A stretch of DNA of 64,000 nucleotides. Source: Spirochaetota bacterium (GTDB lineage Bacteria > Spirochaetota > Brevinematia > DTOW01). Below the pieces are notes generated by a model. It saw nothing but the letters and a program-made list of their open reading frames with translations, was not told where the DNA came from and made no database searches. The first letter of the stretch is position 1. The number at the start of each line of letters is the position of its first letter. Positions 1 to 9,251 of the stretch are shown here, piece after piece. The translations under genes and the position numbers were made by a program. The stretch lies in the NCBI GenBank assembly GCA_025061835.1, contig JANXAC010000006.1:33181-97180 (forward strand). The letters are read 5' to 3'.

Positions 1-570
1 TTGTTAAGTATTTCCGAATTAAACATCTTAATTATTCTATCTAACGAGGAGTCAATGCTTATCTTACCTTGCTTGACGATAACCCCACCATCAATGATGC
101 CTTCGTAAAGTTCTAAATTGAACCCCAATTCTTTGAGTTTTTTCTTAACATCCTCTCCATAGATTTGAATGTCTCTTTTGGATAGAACTACAACTGTTCC
201 ATCCACAGATGATAGCATAGACAATGACTTTGTAATTACGCTAATAATAATGTCTATGTAATTGCTCATTGATAATATTCTCTCCTTTACTAACTTAACA
301 ACCTCATCATAAAGTTCATCAACGACCTTACTTATGGTTTCATTCAAGTGCTTATTCGCTTCTGAATCTATTGATAACTTTTCAAGAGTTAGTCTTCTGT
401 TGTATTCATCCGTCAGAGATTTCATCTTTATTTCAAATTCATCATCTATTCTAGACTTGGCATCTTTAAGAATGCTTTCTCTTTCGGATTTTGCATTCTG
501 AATTATTTGTGAAATCTCCTTTTCAACTTCGTTTTTAACAACATCCACTATCTTATCAATGGACATATAT
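1..570 (-). CDS. atpE: V/A-type ATP synthase subunit E, C-terminal end runs off window start
   Basis: Minus-strand ORF with ATG at 568-570 preceded by a perfect SD (AGGAGGT). Product MSIDKIVDVVKNEVEKEISQIIQNAKSERESIL... is about 190 aa, coiled-coil N-terminus, typical of V/A-ATPase E. It lies immediately downstream of a subunit-F-like gene. Confidence 0.55.
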
Positions 571-575
571 ACCTC

Positions 576-905
576 CTACAATCTTATGCCTATAGTCTCT
601 CTAATTATTCTCTTTATCATAGACTCATAGTCTTCATAACTGTCTATATTATATATAGGATCCACCTCAACGATAGAAGGTCTGCTGTTTGTAAGTATAA
701 AGTCTTCAAGGTCTCTCTTGATCTTTGAGGATATGTTCTTTGAAATAAGAACCGAGAAAATGTTTTTATTCTTCTTGATTTCATAGATCTCTGACATAAC
801 TCTATCAGAAAGATTTGAGTCATTAGGATTAACTTGTATGGTCAAAACACCTAGAAACTTAAACACCTCTGAAGTATGTTTATCAAATATCCCTACTATC
901 TTCAT
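576..905 (-). CDS. atpF: V/A-type ATP synthase subunit F
   Basis: About 110 aa. MKIVGIFDKHTSEVFKFLGV ... RPSIVEVDP ... IKRIIRETIGIRL matches the ATP-synt_F pattern (kIaviGD..tv.GFrLaGv ... P.iveIP ... r.iG). Start moved to the internal Met that begins the conserved block. Confidence 0.55.
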   Translation of the reverse strand: MKIVGIFDKHTSEVFKFLGVLTIQVNPNDSNLSDRVMSEIYEIKKNKNIFSVLISKNISSKIKRDLEDFILTNSRPSIVEVDPIYNIDSYEDYESMIKRIIRETIGIRL

Positions 906-1254
906 AACTAGGATTATTTTCAATGAAATTTCCATTTGTTTTCAATTGAAATTGAGCCTTTTCAAAAAATTTAGGTGCTCCTATTACATTAGGAATACTT
1001 TCGTATAGAAAAGTGAGAGAAGTTGTAAAGAGAAAACTGATAGCAGATACCCAAACCACAAACATACACCACTTTTTGAAGGATTTTGTGATGTTTGAAG
1101 AGAACAAGAATAAAGATTTTGTATTTTTGGTTTTTTACTACACTTGCCGAGAGGTATTTATTTAGGATCACAAGTACTCATAAGCGTTATATACATCTTT
1201 TGAACATATTTGAAAAAAGTTGATAGAAATCAAAACTTTTCTTAAACTATTGAT

Positions 1255-1965
1255 ATGATTGATTTTAAGAAAATTGACCTTAACAACATACAAATTCCAC
1301 CATCAATTCTTGTAGGTTCTGTTACAGGTTTGTTAATAGGTTTAACAGTTGGTATAGTGAACGGAGGAGCATTAATTGAAGTAATATTCAGGTCTCTCTT
1401 GAGTGCAATCATACTTGGTGGTGTATTATTTGGAATAGAGCAATTATTAAGAAGATTTGCATCGGAGATTTTTGAACAACCTAGCAGGAGTAATAGTGTG
1501 AATATTAGGGAAGAAGACGATGATATTTCTATATCCGATATATATTCAGATAAATCTAATGAAGTTGAGGCTAATGAGGATATGAATTACGGTATTACCG
1601 AGCCAGAATACCAAGAAAACGATAATAGCATAAGTTCATCTATGGACTTTTCTGAAAGTAATGTATTCGGTGAGTTTTCTAGCACAGACGAAGATGTTAA
1701 TATAGGTAAGATTACAGATGATACTTCAAACTATAGAGATGAAATTATTGAAGGAGGATTTTCCAGTTTCAATTACGAGGGTGAGGATAAAGGATATTAC
1801 AAACCAAATTACCAAGACTTGTCATCGGCGGAGCTAGGTGTAACAAAGCAATCTAAAGTAGGTGTAACAGAGGACTTCATAATCCTATCTAAGGGTAAGC
1901 CAATACCTAGAGATCCCAAGAAGATGGCTGAAGCTATAAGAACCAAACTAAAGGAAGAGAAGTAA
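1255..1965 (+). CDS. hypothetical membrane protein with acidic low-complexity tail
   Basis: 236-aa ORF. N-terminal 60 aa has two hydrophobic helices (LVGSVTGLLIGLTVGIV.. / AIILGGVLFGI), then a D/E/S/N-rich disordered region. No recognisable catalytic motif. Confidence 0.45.
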   Translation: MIDFKKIDLNNIQIPPSILVGSVTGLLIGLTVGIVNGGALIEVIFRSLLSAIILGGVLFGIEQLLRRFASEIFEQPSRSNSVNIREEDDDISISDIYSDKSNEVEANEDMNYGITEPEYQENDNSISSSMDFSESNVFGEFSSTDEDVNIGKITDDTSNYRDEIIEGGFSSFNYEGEDKGYYKPNYQDLSSAELGVTKQSKVGVTEDFIILSKGKPIPRDPKKMAEAIRTKLKEEK

Positions 1966-3018
1966 AATCAGAACTGTAGCTACGCCTACACCTATCAATA
2001 GTATGTTTACAATCCAAAATACCATAGATACATCCTTCTCTCTTTCCACAGTATCTTCTTCAAACTGACTTCGGTCAGAGTAATCTTGGGGTGGAGTTTT
2101 TTGGATATCAAGGCTAACATAAGTTGTATCAACCTTTTCAGGAAGTATAACACTTTTAGTCCTTATCTTAACATCTTTTTTTATTATAAAACTACCCAAA
2201 AATCCTGGTCCAATCTCAACATCAAATAGCAGTCTATCATTTTCTAACTCTTGAACCGCAACCACTCTGCCAAGTGTTATACCATCACCTTTGACAAAAG
2301 ATCTTGATACCTCATCAGTATCATTAATTTTCACATATATTTCATTTCCAGCTCTGATTGAACCAGCAGTGATACCATCAATCGGAGACAAGATTGGTTG
2401 TATTGAAATGTCAGATATTGAGATAGTTGTTAATGCTTTCTCATCATCCAAAAATCTCAGACTTTCTGGCATTTCAATTTTCGCATCCTTAAGAAACTTA
2501 TAAAAATTAAAAACATCAGTTCTATCGATTGAGAACCTAACAATTGTGTTAGGGTCTCCAAAAACTAGAGGGACATAAGTATATAAAAACCTTTTTATAT
2601 CTAGTTGCGTCTTGTCTTCAGACAGAACTTTTATCAATGTCTGAACAAACTTTGCGTCAGATAACAATAACTTTTCCGCCTTTGCTGATAAGTCTGGATC
2701 TATCTGTAAGGTTCTATACTCACTAGAAACCTTTGATATTATATCAAACCAGTTCATTTCTATGTTGATCTTGGTTATTTCAGGAGAGACTGATATGTAA
2801 GCCCTTACTAGATCTACCTTTTTCGCTTTCAAATTAACGAACACAAGAGCAATACCAGAGTAAAGAGAAAAAGAAAATTTTAATTTCACTACTGGGATGT
2901 CCTTTTTCAGTGAATTCAAAACCATGTAAATTCTTTCAACATCGCCCTGAAAGTGCGATAATAAGAAGTTAGCTATCTTTTCAGGGATACCTCTACTAAC
3001 AAGGTCTTCAGTTCTCAT
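1948..3018 (-). CDS. hypothetical protein, C-terminally membrane-anchored
   Basis: 356-aa ORF ending in a single hydrophobic helix (VFWIVNILLIGVGVATVLILLLFL). The N-terminus (LVSRGIPEKIANFLL) is helix-hairpin-helix-like. No family recognised. Confidence 0.45.
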   Translation of the reverse strand: MRTEDLVSRGIPEKIANFLLSHFQGDVERIYMVLNSLKKDIPVVKLKFSFSLYSGIALVFVNLKAKKVDLVRAYISVSPEITKINIEMNWFDIISKVSSEYRTLQIDPDLSAKAEKLLLSDAKFVQTLIKVLSEDKTQLDIKRFLYTYVPLVFGDPNTIVRFSIDRTDVFNFYKFLKDAKIEMPESLRFLDDEKALTTISISDISIQPILSPIDGITAGSIRAGNEIYVKINDTDEVSRSFVKGDGITLGRVVAVQELENDRLLFDVEIGPGFLGSFIIKKDVKIRTKSVILPEKVDTTYVSLDIQKTPPQDYSDRSQFEEDTVEREKDVSMVFWIVNILLIGVGVATVLILLLFL

Positions 3019-3133
3019 ATCATAAATTTTATGTGACTAAATGGAAGTTTTCAATAATCTTGGAAGATGTTCCCTAACCTTCATGTTTTATTGAAAGTTC
3101 AAAAGCAAGTTCTATAAAATAATTCAACATACT

Positions 3134-3208
3134 GGGGTTGTAGCTCAGCCTGGTCAGAGCGCCGGTCTGTCACACCGGAGGCCGCGGGTTCAAGTCCCGT
3201 CAACCCCG
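3134..3208 (+). tRNA. tRNA-Asp (anticodon GTC), CCA not encoded
   Basis: Hand-folded cloverleaf. Acceptor GGGGTTG/CAACCCC plus discriminator G. D-stem GCTC/GAGC. Anticodon stem CCGGT/ACCGG with loop CTGTCAC (anticodon GTC). T-stem GCGGG/CCCGT with TTCAAGT loop. Confidence 0.8.
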
Positions 3209-3250
3209 ATCCATTTTACTTTACTTCTGTTGCTAACGAAAATTCACTGT

Positions 3251-4171
3251 ATGAACAAAGATTTCGTTTCTTCCAATGACATATCCCCTGACGAAATACA
3301 AAAAGTATTTTCACTTTCAGCAAGGTTAAAAAAAAATCGCCTACTCTACAAAAACTTAATTTCAAACAAAACGATAATAATGATATTTGACAAACCATCA
3401 ACCAGGACAAAAATATCTTTTTTCGTCGGGATAAAGGAACTTGGTGGTGAAGTTGTATCTCTAAACTCCTCTGAACTTCAGATAGGAAGAGGAGAAACGA
3501 TAGAAGATACTGCCAGAACATTGTCAAGGTATGCTCACGGTATCATAATAAGAACATTTGAACAAAAAACTGTTGAATTGCTGGCAAAAAACTTTAGATA
3601 CCCTGTTATAAACGCTCTGACAAACCATGAACACCCGTGTCAGGCTATATCTGATGCCTTCACAATATATGAGAAGTTTGGGAATTTTAACCTTAAATTA
3701 TCCTTTTTAGGGGACTTTAATAATGTTGCATACTCACTATTCATAATCCTAGCAAAACTCAAAATAAAAGAATTATGTTTCTCAGGACCTGAGAAGATGT
3801 TTGACAAGGATTTTGAGAACAAAATAAAGACTATCTCTGAAGGTAAAACAAACTTCTACTACGAAAATGACCCAAAGAAGGCAGTAAAATCTGCAGATAT
3901 AATATACACCGATGTGTGGGTTAGTATGGGTTTTGAAGATAAGGAGAAAGACAAGGAAAGTAAGATGTATCCATACCAAGTTAATTCTGAACTTATATCT
4001 TTAACTGGTAAGAACACACTCTTCATGCACTGTCTCCCAGCTAAAAGAGGAAAGGAAGTTAGCGACGATGTTATAGACTCCAGTGCTTCAATAGTTTTTG
4101 ATCAAGCGGAGAACAGGTTACACACTCAAAAGGCACTTATGGTTTTACTATACAAAGACAAAGATTTCTAA
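3251..4171 (+). CDS. argF: ornithine carbamoyltransferase family protein
   Basis: STRTK(ISF) carbamoyl-phosphate motif, HPCQ, DVWVSMG and HCLPAKRG motifs. About 307 aa from the Met preceding KDFVS. Start chosen downstream of the tRNA. Confidence 0.7.
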   Translation: MNKDFVSSNDISPDEIQKVFSLSARLKKNRLLYKNLISNKTIIMIFDKPSTRTKISFFVGIKELGGEVVSLNSSELQIGRGETIEDTARTLSRYAHGIIIRTFEQKTVELLAKNFRYPVINALTNHEHPCQAISDAFTIYEKFGNFNLKLSFLGDFNNVAYSLFIILAKLKIKELCFSGPEKMFDKDFENKIKTISEGKTNFYYENDPKKAVKSADIIYTDVWVSMGFEDKEKDKESKMYPYQVNSELISLTGKNTLFMHCLPAKRGKEVSDDVIDSSASIVFDQAENRLHTQKALMVLLYKDKDF

Positions 4172-6591
4172 AACTTAAGATAGTCATCCCTAAAATCGCT
4201 AAAATCATCGCTTTTAAGAAAATCTTTGTCCTTCTTTTCCTCAAACTTTAGAATATCCTCATCTTTGGTTTTTGCATAATCTTTGAGGTGTATATCACAC
4301 TTATCGGTAGGTTCCGTCCCTGTAAGGAAGTATTCAACTCTTACCTTATTACACAAAGGTGTTGCTAGCTTGCCTGACTCTTCACAGATTTCAGCTGAAG
4401 ATATACCTGATTGATAAGGTATATCAATACTTGGAACAGTCCTGTTTCTGTATATATCTCTCATATACTCCCCAAAAGCCGGAGCGGCAATCCTACCTCC
4501 TACCATACCTCGCCCCATTGATATAGTAGATTTATCAAAACCATACCATATTGCCGTTACAAGTCCATCACCTGTAAAACCTATGAACCATGCATCTCTC
4601 CAATAAGAAGTTGTCCCCGTTTTCCCTGCAACATCACCGTAGAAGCCAACAGACCTTACCATAGCACCTGTCCCCCTATTTACAGCATCTCTCATCATTG
4701 ACGTTACTATGAAAGCGGTTTGAGGAGATATTACCTGAACAGGCGATCTATCAATCTCCTTTGTCAAATCTCTCACGACTCTACCATACTTATCTTCTAT
4801 TCTTAGTATCATCACTGGTTGAACCCTCGTTCCACCTCTCGGGAATACTGTTGTTGCAACAGCGAGTTCAAGTGGAGACACTTCAACTATACCCAACGCT
4901 GATGCCATGCTACTTACAAATTTAACAGTATCTTCATCAGACAGGTCAAAAAACTTTTTTGTATAATTTCTCAAAATTCCAAGTCCTATCCTATCTAGAA
5001 CTTTGACACTTACAATGTTGAGAGAGAGTCTCAAAGCATCGCGTAGTGTAACTTGTCCAACATAATCTCCTTCATAGTTCTTAGGCGACCATACTCTACC
5101 CGCAAACCTATACTCAATAGGTTCATCAACAAATGCAGTTGCCGATGTTATCAACTTTGCATCAATACCGGCAGAGTAAAGAAATGGCTTGAATGTTGAA
5201 CCAAGCTGTCTCTTTGCTTGAATGGCTCTGTTAAACCTATTTAGCGGTGAAAACTCGCTACCACCTACCATAGCTTCAACATATCCGTTCTTTGAGTCTA
5301 TGCTAACAAGAGCACACTCAATCCTATTCTCTTTTACCTTTGTCTCTGATATACTCAAAAATAGACTCTGCGAATTAGCTCTTATCTTCTCTGAACCATA
5401 CATCTCTGAGATTAAAAAAGTTATATAATAGAGATCCTTCAAACTCTTCTTCGTTTCCATAATCCTACTTGATGTTTTTACTTTGAGTATAGGGATCAAT
5501 TCACTGATACTCCATATCAGGTCAACATAGTGTTGGTTTGCCCTTATTGCTTGTGAAGTTATTTCTTCATAACCTCTCTGAGCTATGTCTCTGTATTTGA
5601 GGACATATTTTTCTGCCGCTATCTGTTTATCAAGGTCAATTGTGGTATATACTCTATAGCCAGATTTATACACCGCTTCATCTCCAAACATTTTTGCAAT
5701 AACCTGCCTCACATACTCAACAAAGAACGGTGCTACCTGCTGGTTATTAACCACATTTAGTTTAAGAGTATCAACCCTTGGTAGATATTTACTCCAGAAT
5801 TCTGAATACAACCTATCAACTTCACTTTCTGATACAAACCCCAAAGATGCCATTCTTTTCAAGACTAGGTATTGACGCTTCTGAGCATTCGGAACATTGA
5901 CAAAAGGCGAATACAAATGTGGTCCTTTAGGTATTGCAGCAAGTAACGCAGCCTCTGCTACATCAAGACTACTAACACTCTTACCAAAGTATATTCTAGA
6001 CGCTGTTTCTACACCATATGCCCCATATCCAAAATATATCTGATTAAGATATATCTCCATTATCTCCTGTTTTGAATATTCCTTCTCTATCTGGAGTGCA
6101 TACCACATTTCAACGATCTTTCTGAATATATTTCTATCACCCGATGTATATATTCTTTTCGCCAACTGTTGTGTTATCGTGCTAGCACCCTCTCTTATCC
6201 TTCCCGAAAGTATATTCTTTATCATAGCCTTTACAATTCTTGGAATACTTATACCTCTATGGTAAAAGAAATCCTCATCTTCTACTGCTATGAATGCGTT
6301 TATAACATTTCTTGATATCTGATTGAATGATACAGGAATCCTTCTCTCAACAAACAATTCGGATATTAGCCTTCCATTACGATCATATACTCTTGTTGGT
6401 TCAGGTATAGCAAGGTATCTTAGATTCTTAACATCATCAGGATTGTAGAGAGAAATTATAAGAATACCAAAAAATACACCCGAGAATATAGAGAATATAA
6501 CAAATGATATAACAATAAATACCACGAGTTTCTTAAGTGTTATATTAGGTAGGAAGAGCGAAACGATTCTCCTTATCATAAAGGACCCCAA
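4168..6591 (-). CDS. mrcA: class A penicillin-binding protein (PBP1A, transglycosylase + transpeptidase)
   Basis: N-terminal TM helix. GT51 motifs (EDEDFFYHRGIS, GASTITQQLAK). Transpeptidase SxxK (STFKPF), SxN and KTGTT motifs. 807 aa. Confidence 0.9.
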   Translation of the reverse strand: MGSFMIRRIVSLFLPNITLKKLVVFIVISFVIFSIFSGVFFGILIISLYNPDDVKNLRYLAIPEPTRVYDRNGRLISELFVERRIPVSFNQISRNVINAFIAVEDEDFFYHRGISIPRIVKAMIKNILSGRIREGASTITQQLAKRIYTSGDRNIFRKIVEMWYALQIEKEYSKQEIMEIYLNQIYFGYGAYGVETASRIYFGKSVSSLDVAEAALLAAIPKGPHLYSPFVNVPNAQKRQYLVLKRMASLGFVSESEVDRLYSEFWSKYLPRVDTLKLNVVNNQQVAPFFVEYVRQVIAKMFGDEAVYKSGYRVYTTIDLDKQIAAEKYVLKYRDIAQRGYEEITSQAIRANQHYVDLIWSISELIPILKVKTSSRIMETKKSLKDLYYITFLISEMYGSEKIRANSQSLFLSISETKVKENRIECALVSIDSKNGYVEAMVGGSEFSPLNRFNRAIQAKRQLGSTFKPFLYSAGIDAKLITSATAFVDEPIEYRFAGRVWSPKNYEGDYVGQVTLRDALRLSLNIVSVKVLDRIGLGILRNYTKKFFDLSDEDTVKFVSSMASALGIVEVSPLELAVATTVFPRGGTRVQPVMILRIEDKYGRVVRDLTKEIDRSPVQVISPQTAFIVTSMMRDAVNRGTGAMVRSVGFYGDVAGKTGTTSYWRDAWFIGFTGDGLVTAIWYGFDKSTISMGRGMVGGRIAAPAFGEYMRDIYRNRTVPSIDIPYQSGISSAEICEESGKLATPLCNKVRVEYFLTGTEPTDKCDIHLKDYAKTKDEDILKFEEKKDKDFLKSDDFSDFRDDYLKF

Positions 6592-6789
6592 CGCTAAAAA
6601 TAGTATAAATCAGATCTAATCTCGGAATAAAGAAAACAATAAATTTCAGAATAGTCAAAATCAATAAGTTCGCAAAACAAACAGATTTAGATAGAAGTTT
6701 ACAAATGCTAAATCTTATATTTGTGCTGTCTAACCGAAATTGAATTACAGGTGTTATATAGTTATAATTTATTAAACAGGAGACATAGT

Positions 6790-8076
6790 ATGCCAAAAGA
6801 TAAGAAGAAAGAGGAAAGCAATCTTACTTGTTCATTCTGTGGCAAAACATCAGATACGATAAGGATAATAAAAGGCGAGAATGCTAACATATGCGAGGAA
6901 TGTATAAAAGTATGTAATTTCATACTTGAAAATGAAAGCAAAACCGTTACACCAACCAAGATAATAAAAAGATTATATAAACCAGTTGAGATAAAGAAGA
7001 TCTTGGACCAATACATCGTAGGACAGGATCATGCGAAGAAAATTCTATCCGTTGCGGTTTATAATCACTACAAAAGGCTTATATCCGAGGAGATAGGCTT
7101 CAGTGGTGATGTTGAGATTGAGAAGAGTAATATAATGATGATAGGACCTACCGGTAGTGGCAAAACTTATATGGCTAGGATACTAGCAAAGATTCTTGAT
7201 GTCCCCTTTGCGATAGCAGATGCAACTACACTGACCGAGGCAGGATATGTCGGAGATGATGTTGAGAATGTTCTTTTAAGACTCATCCTGAATGCCGGTA
7301 ACGGTGAGATAACAGATGAAGCGATAGAAAAAGCACAAATGGGGATAGTGTATATAGACGAGATTGATAAAATCTCAAGGAAGAGTGAAAGTCCTTCAAT
7401 CACAAGAGATGTATCAGGTGAAGGCGTCCAGCAAGCACTACTCAAACTTATGGAAGGAACGATAGCATCCGTTCCTCCACAAGGAGGAAGAAAACATCCT
7501 AACCAAAAACCGATATATGTTGATACAAAGAATATTCTCTTCATTGTCGGAGGGGCATTCGTAGGTCTTGAAGATATAATAATGAAAAGGCTTGGTAAGA
7601 ATAAGATAGGTTTTGTGAATGAGGGCAGGAAGGAGAAAGTTCAAACAGAAAATATTTTCACACAAGTTTTACCAGAGGATTTAATAAAGTATGGAATGAT
7701 ACCAGAATTCGTGGGAAGAACACCAGTGATTGCAGTATTCAACGAACTCACAGAAGAAGAACTTAAAAAGATACTTATAGAACCTAAAAATGCAATCGTA
7801 AAACAGTATCAGAAGATGTTTGAGTATGAGGGCGTTGACCTGACTTTTACTGAAGATGCACTTGATGAAATTGTTAAACTTGCGAAAGAAAGGAAAACAG
7901 GTGCTAGAGCCCTAAGAAGCATAATAGAAGACATAATGTTAAACATCATGTTTGAGGTGCCATCAATAGAAGGTATTAAGGAATGTATAGTTGATAAAGA
8001 AGTCGTAGCAGAAAAGAAATATCCGAAACTCATTTACTACAAGGATGAGCCAAAATCCAAAGCAAAGTCTGCATAG
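6790..8076 (+). CDS. clpX: ATP-dependent Clp protease ATP-binding subunit ClpX
   Basis: N-terminal C4 zinc ribbon (CSFCGK...CEEC), Walker A GPTGSGKT, ClpX-type C-terminus. Start placed at MPKDKKKEE. Confidence 0.9.
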   Translation: MPKDKKKEESNLTCSFCGKTSDTIRIIKGENANICEECIKVCNFILENESKTVTPTKIIKRLYKPVEIKKILDQYIVGQDHAKKILSVAVYNHYKRLISEEIGFSGDVEIEKSNIMMIGPTGSGKTYMARILAKILDVPFAIADATTLTEAGYVGDDVENVLLRLILNAGNGEITDEAIEKAQMGIVYIDEIDKISRKSESPSITRDVSGEGVQQALLKLMEGTIASVPPQGGRKHPNQKPIYVDTKNILFIVGGAFVGLEDIIMKRLGKNKIGFVNEGRKEKVQTENIFTQVLPEDLIKYGMIPEFVGRTPVIAVFNELTEEELKKILIEPKNAIVKQYQKMFEYEGVDLTFTEDALDEIVKLAKERKTGARALRSIIEDIMLNIMFEVPSIEGIKECIVDKEVVAEKKYPKLIYYKDEPKSKAKSA

Positions 8077-8086
8077 GAGATGTTAG

Positions 8087-8935
8087 ATGGAAGTAAAACT
8101 TATTGACTACTCCGCAGGACCTATAGAAAAACTCTACGCAGCATTTAGAACTTGTTATTCACAGAAGACACCTATTGAGATTTGGAATGAGATAAACTCA
8201 GGTGCTATACCGAAGGATAAGATAAAAACCTTCATTGAGGAGAGGCTTAAAACCGGTCATGCTTCACCGCTTGAGCAAGTTGTATTTTGGTTCGCAGTGG
8301 CAGGAATATCAAGGAGTTGCTCTCATCAACTCGTAAGACACCACATAGGGATAAGTTTTGAACAGCAATCCCAAAGGTATGTCAAATACAAAGAGGATAC
8401 ACTAGAATACGTTACTCCTAACACAATAAAGTCAAACAAAGAAGTTTATGAGAGATACCAAAAAGTGCTTAAGGATATAAGCGACTTTTACAGATTTGCT
8501 CTTGATAGCGGAATACCGGCAGAAGATGCAAGGTTCATACTTCCTAACGCAACTCCGACAAATTTTCACATACTCGTGAATTTCAGAGAATTACAACATA
8601 TAGCCGATTTGAGACTTTGTACAAGAGCACAGTGGGAGATACGACAACTTGTCGCAAAAATGCGCAGTGAAATAATGAAAGTTATCCCAGAATTAGGAAA
8701 GTATCTCCAGCCAAAGTGTGGAGAATACAGACTGGGCTATTGCGATGAAGAATACAAAGAGTATGTGAAATGTCCTATTTCAAAGGTAAGACCTCACAAG
8801 GATGACCTCTTTAGGATTTACAACGACTATGTAAAATCAAAACAAACTGAAAAGTCTGAAGCGAAGCCTTTATCTGAAGAACACTTTAATATAATTGAGG
8901 AGCGAGCATACCCAAATGAGAATGAGTTGTATTAG
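8087..8935 (+). CDS. thyX: flavin-dependent thymidylate synthase ThyX
   Basis: ThyX signature RHHIGISFEQQSQRY (RHRx7SxRY) and surrounding conserved helices. 282 aa. Confidence 0.85.
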   Translation: MEVKLIDYSAGPIEKLYAAFRTCYSQKTPIEIWNEINSGAIPKDKIKTFIEERLKTGHASPLEQVVFWFAVAGISRSCSHQLVRHHIGISFEQQSQRYVKYKEDTLEYVTPNTIKSNKEVYERYQKVLKDISDFYRFALDSGIPAEDARFILPNATPTNFHILVNFRELQHIADLRLCTRAQWEIRQLVAKMRSEIMKVIPELGKYLQPKCGEYRLGYCDEEYKEYVKCPISKVRPHKDDLFRIYNDYVKSKQTEKSEAKPLSEEHFNIIEERAYPNENELY

Positions 8936-9251
8936 GTAGATCATCAAAATTCCAAAATTTAGCATCAGTTTCTAGAGGTCTAGGAAAGGTATAATCCTAC
9001 AGATTTTAATGTTATCTCCTAGAAGTGTCTAAGACCGCTTTCTGTATCCTTGCTTTTTTAAAATTCTATGAGCGATTTACTAGATATTCTATGAGAGATT
9101 ATCTGAAGCCTTAATTTTCACTTATATGATGACATGTTAGTATCTGAGAAGTTTCGCGAGGAGTCTAATTCTTACTTACTACTATGACTAAAACAAGGAT
9201 TAAGATTCTCTCTAATCTATAACCCAGTCGCTTAAAAAATTTATCCAATCT

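Noticed and set aside
883-1107. 74-aa ORF overlapping the 5' end of the V-ATPase F gene
   Set aside because: Overlaps the better-supported subunit F start by about 20 nt in another frame. The only support is one hydrophobic stretch, and there is no SD. Probably spurious.
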